Shown here: one piece after another, positions 17,955-26,528 of the stretch | Layout: the number at the start of each line of letters is the position of its first letter | How positions within the stretch are numbered: the first letter of the stretch is position 1 | From: Chthonomonadaceae bacterium | GTDB lineage: Bacteria > Armatimonadota > Chthonomonadetes > Chthonomonadales > Chthonomonadaceae | Direction of reading: 5' to 3' | Length of the DNA stretch: 39,303 nt | NCBI GenBank assembly: GCA_043733205.1 | Contig: JAYTGR010000124.1 | Location: 1 to 39,303, forward strand | The notes under the pieces: generated by a model | What the model saw: the letters and a program-made list of their open reading frames with translations, nothing else | Databases searched by the model: none | Told to the model about the DNA's origin: nothing | Program-made: the position numbers and the translations under genes

Positions 17955-18491
17955 GTGCCGGTCCCTTATCGCAAAACCCCCCGCGCCGCCGAGGTCGGTC
18001 AGGCCGCCTTTCTGGACATCCTCTATCTGCCCGCAGAGCATGTCTTCTACGGCGGCCTGCTGATCCTCGACGGCAAAGGACAGCCGCAGGAGTTCGTACA
18101 CAACACGCTGGCTGCGCCTTCCGGCCTGCTCTGGCCGGAGGACAAGGTGCGCTCTCTGGGCACCGTCATGCTGGCGCACTCCCTGTTCGATGCCTGCCGA
18201 CGCGAACCCGATTTGCTTGTCAGCCTGCCCACGCTCGGCTCGCCGGAAACGTGCCGCACCGAACTCGCTCCTTCTATTCCGTTCGTTCAGGTCGCCCCTG
18301 CCGAGGCGGGCATTCCTGCGGAATGGAACTGGATCAACGAGCCGCCCACTTCCGGGATGCGTGCGGCCATCCTGGCGCAGGAGCTGGCGCGGCGGGGCTT
18401 TATCGTCGAGCCATTCGAGCGGCTGCGGTATGCGCTCCGAATAGTCTATCCGCAAGCCTCGTGGCACGAGGTCGAGAAGGATGGAGTTTAG
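17955..18491 (+). CDS. Hypothetical protein, fourth gene of the operon.
   Basis: 178 aa. GTG start 3 nt after the preceding TAG, with GGGAG upstream. I recognise no motif (FLDILYLPAEHVFYGGLLILDGKGQPQEFVH...). Its 3' end overlaps the SNF2 start by 11 nt. Confidence 0.6.
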   Translation: MPVPYRKTPRAAEVGQAAFLDILYLPAEHVFYGGLLILDGKGQPQEFVHNTLAAPSGLLWPEDKVRSLGTVMLAHSLFDACRREPDLLVSLPTLGSPETCRTELAPSIPFVQVAPAEAGIPAEWNWINEPPTSGMRAAILAQELARRGFIVEPFERLRYALRIVYPQASWHEVEKDGV

Positions 18492-20145
18492 CCTGGGGGT
18501 CGTGAAGCGCGAGAAGGTCGGCGCGTTCCGGCAGGGTGTTTCCGGCTGTCTTGAAGTCGGGGCCTGGGATCTTGGCCGCGCCATTCGGCATACTGTCGGC
18601 TGGTTCGACTACGACACCCTGGACGATCCCACACTGGCCGGAGGGGAGACGGCGGAGGGCGACGGCACGCAGGCGCCTCTCTCCGATGCGGCCGACCTCA
18701 TGCGGCTGCTGGCTGCTGCCCTGCAGCCTCCTCTCACCGCCCTGGTGACGCCGGACGGGGTGCTGGAGTGGCCTGCTCCCCTGCTGCCCTATCAGCGGGA
18801 AGGGGTGCTGGCGCTGCTCTCCCGCCGCGCGCTGCTGCTCGCCGACAGCATGGGACTTGGCAAAACGATTCAAGCCATCGCTGCGCTGCGCATTCTGATC
18901 CATCAGGGCCAGACCGAGGCGGCGCTGATCGTCTGCCCGGCCTCCCTGCTGACGCAGTGGCGGCGGGAACTGGCCCGCTGGGCGCCAGAACTGAAAGTCG
19001 TGCCCGTGGCCGGCAGCCCGGTGGAACGCGGCCGTCTCTGGCAGATTCCGGCCCACATCAAGCTGATCGGTTACGAGACACTGCGTGCGGATGTGATGGA
19101 TCTGCGGGACAGCCCGGCGCTGCAGAAACCGTGGGGCGTCGTGATTCTGGACGAAGCCTCGCGCATCAAGAACCGCCGCTCGACCGTCTCCATCGCCTGC
19201 AAGCGTGTTCCGCGTGAACGGCGCTGGGCGCTGACCGGCACCCCGCTCGAAAACAGCCTCGAAGATGTCGCCTCGCTCCTCGACTTCCTGCTCCTGGAAC
19301 CGAATTCGCCTCCTCCGCAGCCGCTCGCGCAGGCCGAACTCAAAGCGCAGCTTTTCGCCAATCAGCTGCGGCGTCGGAAAGAGGATGTGCTGCCCGAACT
19401 CCCGCCAAAACGGATCAACGATGTCACGATCGAACTGCCGGCTCGACAGCGCGAAGCCTACGACCGCGCCGAACAGGAGGGCATCGTGCAGCTGACCCAG
19501 GCGGCAGGCTCCGTCACGATCGTCCATGTTCTGGAGCTGATCTCGCGGCTCAAGCAGCTGTGCAACTACGACCCCGTCAGCGGCGAGTCGGGCAAACTGT
19601 CGGACATTCTGGAGCGGATGCGCACCCTGGTCGCCGAAGGCCAGCGCGCCCTCGTTTTCTCCCAGTTCACGGACGAGATGTTCGGTGTCCGGCGGCTGGC
19701 CGAAGTCCTGCGCGAGTTTCAGCCGCTGTCGTTCACCGGCAGCATGAGCCTCCGTCAGCGGGCCGAGATCGTCGATCGATTTCTCTCGCACCCGCAGCAC
19801 AAAGCGCTGCTGCTCTCCTTGCGCGCCGGAGCGCAGGGGCTTAACCTCCAGACCGCCTCCTACGTTTTTCACTTCGACCGCTGGTGGAACCCCGCCATCG
19901 AGGAGCAGGCGGACGCCCGCGTGCATCGCATGGGCCAGACCTATCCGGTCACGATCTATCGGTATATCTGCGCCAACACCATCGAAGACCGCATCGACGC
20001 CAAACTCCGCGAGAAACGCCAGATGTTCCAGGATGTGGTGGAGGATGTCAGCCTGGAACTGACCACAGCTCTCTCCGAACGAGAGATCTTCGGTCTGCTG
20101 GGCATCGCCTCTCTCCGCAGCGCACTCAGAGAAGCGACGCGTTAG
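18481..20145 (+). CDS. SNF2/Swi2-family helicase-like ATPase (compact bacterial type).
   Basis: 554 aa. Motif I LLADSMGLGKTIQAIA; Ia LIVCPASLLTQW; II VILDEASRIKN; III ALTGTPLENSLEDVASLLDFL; IV QRALVFSQF; V LLLSLRAGAQGLNLQTASYVFHFDRWWNP; VI EEQADARVHRMGQ. Confidence 0.92.
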   Translation: MEFSLGVVKREKVGAFRQGVSGCLEVGAWDLGRAIRHTVGWFDYDTLDDPTLAGGETAEGDGTQAPLSDAADLMRLLAAALQPPLTALVTPDGVLEWPAPLLPYQREGVLALLSRRALLLADSMGLGKTIQAIAALRILIHQGQTEAALIVCPASLLTQWRRELARWAPELKVVPVAGSPVERGRLWQIPAHIKLIGYETLRADVMDLRDSPALQKPWGVVILDEASRIKNRRSTVSIACKRVPRERRWALTGTPLENSLEDVASLLDFLLLEPNSPPPQPLAQAELKAQLFANQLRRRKEDVLPELPPKRINDVTIELPARQREAYDRAEQEGIVQLTQAAGSVTIVHVLELISRLKQLCNYDPVSGESGKLSDILERMRTLVAEGQRALVFSQFTDEMFGVRRLAEVLREFQPLSFTGSMSLRQRAEIVDRFLSHPQHKALLLSLRAGAQGLNLQTASYVFHFDRWWNPAIEEQADARVHRMGQTYPVTIYRYICANTIEDRIDAKLREKRQMFQDVVEDVSLELTTALSEREIFGLLGIASLRSALREATR

Positions 20146-20303
20146 CAGGAAAGAGTTCGGATAGATCGAAGCCACACTGCAGCGGGTACTAAATGAAAAA
20201 AACGGTCTCTGCTCCGACACAGGGCTGACGATTTGTCGGGCGGCGCGTATATTCCAATGGATTTTCGTGGAGTTCCGTTAGAACAGACAGGAGGACGGCA
20301 GCA

Positions 20304-20584
20304 ATGGCAAAATTGGGATCTGAAAAAATCCGATCATCGTTCGTGTCGCGAACGATGCACAGGGCAAGTATGTGGCACAGCAGTGCACGGAGCACGGATG
20401 GCATTATATTATCGGCATCGAGCCGGACGAACCGGAGGACATCTCCGACCTGGACAAAGCCCTCAATCCGCCGGAACCGTTTCATACCATCAAAATCGGG
20501 CGTAATGAGCCGTGTCCTTGCGGAAGCGGCCGGAAATACAAGCAGTGTTGTGGGAAGGTGGCGAGTACAGAGATGTCCGTCTGA
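20304..20584 (+). CDS. Small SEC-C-motif (CPCGSGxKYKxCC) metal-binding protein, with the reading frame interrupted at an A6 run.
   Basis: The track ORF 20372..20584 starts at a GTG with no SD and ends [21 protein letters not shown]. The same frame is open back to 20324 and already looks protein-like ([16 protein letters not shown]...). A strong AGGAGGA + ATG at 20304 (MAKLGSEK) sits in the neighbouring frame. The two frames join if the run A(20323-20328) had one more A. Confidence 0.55.
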
Positions 20585-20664
20585 TCCGTCAGTGGTCTGC
20601 GTCTTTTGAAGCGGCGTAACATCGCTGTGGCGTGTCGCGTCTAACCAGGCAGGAGGAACCTGCA

Positions 20665-21372
20665 ATGACCCGACATGAGGCACTAATATTTCTGGGATCT
20701 GCTGCTCTGACGGTAGCAGTCGTTGGGTGTTCTGTGACAGCAATGTCGCAAACGCCCTCGGACGACGCTCAGAAGCAGAGGGCGCTGGACAAGGCGCTGA
20801 TAAAGGCGATCCGCGGCCGCAATGCGAAAGCAGTCCGGGATTTGCTCGGCAGGGGAGCGGATGCCAATGCCCAGGATCTCGATGCCAAGCCCGACCGGCG
20901 CGGCACCGTACAGCCGCCCTTAAACATAGAGAAACCCACGGCGCTTCTGATCGTGTTCGACGATGCACAGATCTGGGCCGCCAAAGGACAGCATCACGCG
21001 CGGCCCTATACGCTCCGTCCCGACCCCTCCGAGATTGTCAAAGCCCTTCTCGACAAGGGAGCCGATCCCAACGTCAGCGATTACGACCGTACTTTTCCTC
21101 TGCTCGAAGCGGTCCGGTACCAGTATGCGGCCTCGGTTCGCCTGCTCCTGCAGCACCATGCCAACCCTAATCAGACCTGGGTACATGGCATAACGCCCCT
21201 GCATACCGCCGTCAGCAGCAAGGATGTTCCGATGGTCAAAGCCCTGCTTGCGGCGGGAGCGGATCCGAAGTCACAATCTGCATTCGACAACCCCGCGCAC
21301 CCGCTCGCCGCTGAAGTCGCAGATCTGCTCAAAACGGCCCACAATCCGCCGGCTAACGGCGCCGCACACTAA
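20665..21372 (+). CDS. Ankyrin-repeat lipoprotein.
   Basis: ATG 20665 lies 7 nt after AGGAGGA. MTRHEALIFLGSAALTVAVVGCS (lipobox VVGC). Ankyrin repeats are visible in LIKAIRGRNAKAVRDLLGRGADANAQD, VKALLDKGADPNVSD, LLEAVRYQYAASVRLLLQHHANPN and TPLHTAVSSKDVPMVKALLAAGADP. Confidence 0.8.
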   Translation: MTRHEALIFLGSAALTVAVVGCSVTAMSQTPSDDAQKQRALDKALIKAIRGRNAKAVRDLLGRGADANAQDLDAKPDRRGTVQPPLNIEKPTALLIVFDDAQIWAAKGQHHARPYTLRPDPSEIVKALLDKGADPNVSDYDRTFPLLEAVRYQYAASVRLLLQHHANPNQTWVHGITPLHTAVSSKDVPMVKALLAAGADPKSQSAFDNPAHPLAAEVADLLKTAHNPPANGAAH

Positions 21373-21479
21373 ACTCTCGGAAGATTGAGACTGTGCGGCT
21401 CTTATTACCGCTCCCAGCAGCGGCCCGACAGCCCGAGCATCGGCCACGGGCGCAAGACAGGTATGGACATGAACAGAGG

Positions 21480-23111
21480 TCACTGTTCGGAAGGGGTGGG
21501 GAGCTGAGACTGCCACATCGTCCAGTTGCCGTTGAACAGGCGGGGCGGTCCGTCCGGCTCGAACAGAAGCAGCTGCGTGGTGACCTTATCCAAAAAGAAA
21601 CGGTCGTGACTGACTACGACAACGGCTCCCGGAAAGTGGATCAGCGCCTGCTCCATCACCTGGGTGCTGGCCAGATCCAGGTGATTGGTGGGCTCGTCCA
21701 GGATCAAGACCTGTGCGCCGGAGAGCAGACACTGCGCCAGGGCGACCCGCGCTTTCTGTCCGCCGGAGAGGGTGCCGATTCGCTGCTGCAGATCCATCTC
21801 GGAAAACTGCAGGAGGGAGAGAAAGCGGTTCACCTGTTTGCGCTGCGCCTGTCCGGCCATGCTGAACTGCCCCCCAGCTGTGTTGACGGCGTGGGAGACG
21901 GTATCCTTCAGGTCGAGATCTCTTGCAGCGGCGTTGAAATCGGAGAAGGTGACGCCGCGTTCCCACACGACTTTGCCGGATGTGGGGGGCTCCTCGCCCG
22001 TCAGCAGGCGCAGCAGCGTAGACTTGCCGCTCCCATTGGGGCCGATCACTCCCAGCCGCTCACCCTTCGCGATCTCCAGAGTGACGTCTGCAAAGAGGCT
22101 GTTTTCGCCGTAACCGTGGGCGACCTCTTCCACACGGCACAGCCGGTCGGGGATGCGCAGGCCCTGGTAGATACTGGTGATGATGGTGTCCACCGGTCGC
22201 GGGATGCGGCGCTTCCGAATGTCCGCCAGTTTCCGATGCAGGTTATCGCTGGGATTACGGGCCAGCTCTTCGCGGTCGGACGCGGCTTCGCCTTCGAGCG
22301 TCAGCAGCTCTTCCTCATGTTCGAACTGCCGCTCCAGGCTCTTGATCCGGAAGGGTTTGGTGCGCACATAGTGGGTGTAGTTGCCGGGATAGTCGTGCAG
22401 GTGATAGTTTTCCACTTCGACGACACGGGTTACGACTTTGTCCAGGAACTGCCTGTCGTGCGAGACCAGGAGCAGTCCGCCCCGGTAGTCGCGCAGCCAC
22501 GCTTCCAGCCAGGCCAGACCGGCCACGTCCAGAAAGTTGGTCGGCTCATCCAGGAGCAGCACATCGGGCTGTTCCAGCAGAATCCGCGCCAGCGACGCGC
22601 GAATACGCCATCCGCCCGAAAGCTCGTCGATCGGCTGGCTGCGGCGTGCTGCACTGAACCCCAGCTTGGTCAGTACGGTATCGATCTGGCGCGGATAGTC
22701 CCACCCGCCCCGCCGCTCCATCTCCTCCAGCAGGTGCGCCTGCCGGTCGATCATCACGGTCATCTCGTCCATGTCCGTGACGGTCTGCAGCGCCAGGCCG
22801 ATCTGGTCCAGTTCGGATTCGACGGCCCGCAGATCGGCGAACAGCGCCTCCAGCACCTGCTGAATGGAGGCAGCGCCTTTGAGATCGGAGAACTGGGAAA
22901 AGTAGCCCAGTCGGACGCCCTGGGTGACGTCCACGTCGCCTTCATCCGGATCCTCCTGACCCAGAATCAGGCGGAGGAGGGTCGTCTTGCCCGCACCGTT
23001 TCTGCCGAGCAGGCCGACCCGCTCCCCTGCGCGAAGGCGGAACGAGACATCGCGTAAGACCAGACGTTCGTCGTAACGCTTGGTGACACGGCTGATACGT
23101 ACAAGGCTCAT
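21480..23111 (-). CDS. ABC-F family ATPase (two ABC cassettes, no transmembrane domain).
   Basis: 543 aa. Walker A GRNGAGKTTLL and GPNGSGKSTLL. Signatures LSGGWRIR and LSGGQKAR. Walker B LLLDEPTNFLD and LILDEPTNHLD. Confidence 0.9.
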   Translation of the reverse strand: MSLVRISRVTKRYDERLVLRDVSFRLRAGERVGLLGRNGAGKTTLLRLILGQEDPDEGDVDVTQGVRLGYFSQFSDLKGAASIQQVLEALFADLRAVESELDQIGLALQTVTDMDEMTVMIDRQAHLLEEMERRGGWDYPRQIDTVLTKLGFSAARRSQPIDELSGGWRIRASLARILLEQPDVLLLDEPTNFLDVAGLAWLEAWLRDYRGGLLLVSHDRQFLDKVVTRVVEVENYHLHDYPGNYTHYVRTKPFRIKSLERQFEHEEELLTLEGEAASDREELARNPSDNLHRKLADIRKRRIPRPVDTIITSIYQGLRIPDRLCRVEEVAHGYGENSLFADVTLEIAKGERLGVIGPNGSGKSTLLRLLTGEEPPTSGKVVWERGVTFSDFNAAARDLDLKDTVSHAVNTAGGQFSMAGQAQRKQVNRFLSLLQFSEMDLQQRIGTLSGGQKARVALAQCLLSGAQVLILDEPTNHLDLASTQVMEQALIHFPGAVVVVSHDRFFLDKVTTQLLLFEPDGPPRLFNGNWTMWQSQLPTPSEQ

Positions 23112-23192
23112 GACGGCACCGCGAACATATTTTTAGACATAGACAGAGTATACCAGTCCCGAGGATCGGATTCGACTGACTCGTTTAGCAGG

Positions 23193-26100
23193 TCACTTCC
23201 CTAATTTCAGGCTGTTCTTCGCGAGCAGCGCTTTGAAGGCGGCGAGATCGGCGCTCTTGAGCAGTTCCCAGCTCTTTGTGGTCTTCTGGAGATCGGACGC
23301 GGTGGCGGCGCAGGACTTGCGGATGGCGTCGCTGGGCGTCATATCTCCGGAGTCGAGCGTGTTGATCTGGCGGTCGGCGGCGCTGTTGATCGCATTGAAC
23401 GAGCGCAGCGCGGGCGGTGCGCCCGCAGCGCCGGGACTGCCTCCTCCTCCTGGGCGTCGGCCGAACCCAGCTGTGCCACCGAGTGCCGCGAGTTTGGTGT
23501 CGAGCGCCTTCGCGACTGTGACAACGTCTGCCGGCGGACTGGCTGCGAGGAGCGCCGTGAGGGACGCCCGGATGTCCGCGATCTGATGATAGCAGTCCCA
23601 GGACTCCTGTGCGCAGCGGCAGAGAATCATCTGGAGATCGTGCTGCTCCCGCAGGTCACCGGCAGAGGCGGGTGAACGGGGATCGTTCTTCACCGTCACG
23701 GTCTGTGTGGAGGTTTTGCCGTTTGCGGTGAGCGTCAGCGTGTAGACACCGGGCAGTGCGAGCGGACCCTCCGGCGAAGGGGGCGTCTGTCCAGGGTTCG
23801 CATTGATCTCGTATGTGTGGCTGAAGGCAGGCGGGCTGTCGCAGCGCAGGTTCCAGTTCGTCCGGTTGAGTCCGACGGCAGTCGGCAGAGGCGAGGGCTT
23901 CTCCACCCAGAAATCCGGCACAGGCGGCGGCCCTTCGGCGAGGGCGGGAACTGCCGCACTGGAGAGATGACGCACGATGTGCCCGTGCGCATCCCGAACG
24001 TCCAGGGTGATGTCTCCTGCAGGAGGGGAGCCAAGATAGTAGTAGAGGATAGCTCCCATCGGCGCGTTTTCGGCGTGGGGAATCTCCGGTGGGAAGGGCG
24101 TGCCGCCGTTCACGTTGCGGCGGACGCGGGTCGCAGCGGCGGCTTTGAACAGATGCACCGGTTCCGAGGCGACCGACGATGTGACCTGGCGCAGCGGCGA
24201 GATGTCGTCGAGGATCCAGAAGCCGCGCCCGTAGGTTCCGACCACGAGGTCGTTGTCTTTGACGATCATATCGCGATACGAGGTGTCCGGCAGGTTCAGC
24301 ATGAGGCTCTGCCAGTGGTCGCCGTCGTCGAAGGAGACGCAGACGGAGCTTTCGGTGCCGGCAAAGAGCAGGCCCGCCCGCTTCGTGTCTGCCCGAATGA
24401 CACGCGCAAAGCTGCCTCCCGCCTGATCTTCCGGCAGACCGGCAACGATCTGCGTCCAGGTTTTGCCGAAGTCGTGTGTGCGGTAGAAATAGGGCTTGTA
24501 GTCGCCCGCACCGTGGCAGTCCACGGCGGCATAGGCTGTGCCGGTGTCCAGGTGCGACGCGTCGAGGGCAGAAATGTCCGCGCGGGTGGGGCTGGGAAGA
24601 TCGGGAATGGTGACGTCGTCCCACGTAAGCCCATGGTCGCGCGAGAGTTTGATCAGGCCGTTGCTGGTGCCCACCCAGATCACGTTCCCATTGACACTGG
24701 AGGCCGAGATCGATTCGATGGCGCCGCCGCCCAGCGCCCGCTGGTTTTCGCGCTCCTCCTCATTCCCTCCTGTGGCGTCGTCATTGTCATCGGCGGCGTC
24801 TTCGTCCAGCGGCGACTGGCTGCCGGGCGGGACGGCCGCTGCCGGGCGGGCGGGAGCCGTGCGTGCGGGCGTTGGCAGGGCGGGCACTTCGCCGGGTTTC
24901 AGGGTCAGATCGGGGCTGATTTTGCGCCAGCGCCTGCCTCCGTCGGTGGTCGCCATCAGGTACTGGAATCCGGCATAAAGCTCGTGCGGATCGGTGCGCG
25001 AGAAGAGAAGCGGCTGGTTGCCGACCTTGCGGAGCGCGAGGCTGGAATCCAGGTTGGGGCTGACATCGATCCACTGACCGCTGGGGTAGGTCGTCTTGAC
25101 GATGCCTCCGCCGGGGCCTCCCGCATAGCTCACCTTCGGGTTCAGGGGATCGGCGACGATGGAGCCGAACTCGTAGCCGGGGTGCGGCAGCCAATCGAGG
25201 GGGGTGATGGCGCCCAGGTTGCCCCGACTGCTGGTGGCGATCGACCCGCTGTCCTGCTGCGTGCCGTAGACCCAGTAGGGGAACTGGTTGTCCACCGAGA
25301 TATGATAGACCTGCACGGTGGACTGGTTGTACCAGGAGCTCCAGTTCAGGCCGCCGTCGAGCGAGATGGTCGCGCCCTGGTCGGTTCCGAAACAGAGGCG
25401 CCTGCCGTCGGCCGGGTCGATCCACAGCTGCTGCGGATCGTCGCCGCCCGGAGCGCCCTTAAAGCCGGTGAAGGTTTTGCCGCCATCGGTGGACCGGTAG
25501 CAGCAGGTGTTGACGACGTAGACGATGTCGGGGTTCTGCGGATCCACGTAGACGCCGCAGTTGTAGCCGCCCTGTCCGTTGCCGACTCGGCGGTCGGCGG
25601 CGTCCATGTGCCTCCAGCTGCTGCCGCCGTCGTCCGAGCGGTACAGGCCGAAATTCCCCACGATATACATGCGTTTGGAGTTGGTGTTCATGGCGATCGC
25701 GACGGAGGTTCGGCCGGTGATCTCCGGCAGCGTGTCGCTCTCCATCAGCTTCCAGGTCAGGCCCTCATCGCTGGATTTGTAGAGTCCGCCGGTCTGTGCC
25801 GCGCGCTGTCCGGGCGCGCCTCCTCCTGCACCTGCACCTCCGCCGCCGCGGGGCTGTCCGGGCGCGTTGTAGTAGTGCATCGTGGTGGCGAGCATCACGT
25901 TCGGGTGATCGTAGTCCCAGGTGATCTTCTGAACGCCGGTCTCATCGTCGATACGCAGGGTTCTTACCCACGTTTTCCCCCCATCCGTACTGCGGTAGAG
26001 GCCCCGCGCATCGGATTTGGCGCCGATCGGCCCCTGTGCGGCCACCATGACGAGATTGGGGTCGTGCGGGTCCACGAGAATCGAAGGGATATGCTCGGTC

Positions 26101-26528
26101 TTGTTCAGTCCGATATGCTGCCAGGTTGCGCCCGCATCCGTGGACTTATAGACGCCGTTGCCCCGGTTGATTCCTCCGCCGGTCAGCATGTCGCCCATCC
26201 CGACGTAGATCACCTTCGGATCGGAGGGGGCGACCTGGACTGCGCCCACCGACGAGACCTCCTTGACGGAGTCGAACACGGGATACCAGGTCGCACCCGC
26301 GCTGGTGGTTTTCCAGACGCCGCCCAATGGCAGGCCCATGTAGTAGACGCCCGGCTGCCCGACCACACCGCTCACGGCGGAGACACGCCCGCCTCGGAAC
26401 GGACCGATATTGCGCCAGACTAGTCCAGAATAGAGGTTCTCCGGGAGAGTCTGCGCCCCTGTCGATGTACAGAGCGCGGCGAGAGTCAAAAAGAGTGCAG
26501 AAAAACGAAGCCGGGTAAAACAGTTCAT
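23193..26528 (-). CDS. Secreted sortilin/VPS10-type BNR (Asp-box) repeat protein.
   Basis: Start MNCFTRLRFSALFLTLAALCTSTGAQT at 26528, with AAGGA upstream. Repeated Asp-boxes: STDAGATW, STDGGKTW, SSDEGLTW, SDDGGSSW, STDGGKTF, SLDGGLNW, TTDGGRRW, SRDHGLTW, THDFGKTW and SFDDGDHW. The size and layout are typical of the ~1100-aa two-propeller family. Confidence 0.85.
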   Translation of the reverse strand: MNCFTRLRFSALFLTLAALCTSTGAQTLPENLYSGLVWRNIGPFRGGRVSAVSGVVGQPGVYYMGLPLGGVWKTTSAGATWYPVFDSVKEVSSVGAVQVAPSDPKVIYVGMGDMLTGGGINRGNGVYKSTDAGATWQHIGLNKTEHIPSILVDPHDPNLVMVAAQGPIGAKSDARGLYRSTDGGKTWVRTLRIDDETGVQKITWDYDHPNVMLATTMHYYNAPGQPRGGGGAGAGGGAPGQRAAQTGGLYKSSDEGLTWKLMESDTLPEITGRTSVAIAMNTNSKRMYIVGNFGLYRSDDGGSSWRHMDAADRRVGNGQGGYNCGVYVDPQNPDIVYVVNTCCYRSTDGGKTFTGFKGAPGGDDPQQLWIDPADGRRLCFGTDQGATISLDGGLNWSSWYNQSTVQVYHISVDNQFPYWVYGTQQDSGSIATSSRGNLGAITPLDWLPHPGYEFGSIVADPLNPKVSYAGGPGGGIVKTTYPSGQWIDVSPNLDSSLALRKVGNQPLLFSRTDPHELYAGFQYLMATTDGGRRWRKISPDLTLKPGEVPALPTPARTAPARPAAAVPPGSQSPLDEDAADDNDDATGGNEEERENQRALGGGAIESISASSVNGNVIWVGTSNGLIKLSRDHGLTWDDVTIPDLPSPTRADISALDASHLDTGTAYAAVDCHGAGDYKPYFYRTHDFGKTWTQIVAGLPEDQAGGSFARVIRADTKRAGLLFAGTESSVCVSFDDGDHWQSLMLNLPDTSYRDMIVKDNDLVVGTYGRGFWILDDISPLRQVTSSVASEPVHLFKAAAATRVRRNVNGGTPFPPEIPHAENAPMGAILYYYLGSPPAGDITLDVRDAHGHIVRHLSSAAVPALAEGPPPVPDFWVEKPSPLPTAVGLNRTNWNLRCDSPPAFSHTYEINANPGQTPPSPEGPLALPGVYTLTLTANGKTSTQTVTVKNDPRSPASAGDLREQHDLQMILCRCAQESWDCYHQIADIRASLTALLAASPPADVVTVAKALDTKLAALGGTAGFGRRPGGGGSPGAAGAPPALRSFNAINSAADRQINTLDSGDMTPSDAIRKSCAATASDLQKTTKSWELLKSADLAAFKALLAKNSLKLGK

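Noticed and set aside
16680-20220. Two very long minus-strand ORFs (16680..18584, 634 aa; 18400..20220, 606 aa) antisense to the operon.
   Set aside because: They have Arg/Ala/Gly/Pro-rich composition and no motifs. They exactly shadow plus-strand genes that carry unambiguous Walker and SNF2 motifs. This is a typical GC-rich antisense artefact.
20323-20330. Canonical -1 programmed ribosomal frameshift site in the SEC-C gene.
   Set aside because: In the zero frame the sequence is A_AAA_ATC, not an X_XXY_YYZ heptamer, and I see no downstream stimulatory structure. It is kept only as one of several explanations in the finding.
21393-26423. Plus-strand ORFs 21393..23057 (554 aa) and 23817..26423 (868 aa).
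   Set aside because: They are antisense to the ABC-F ATPase and the BNR/sortilin gene respectively and contain no motifs.
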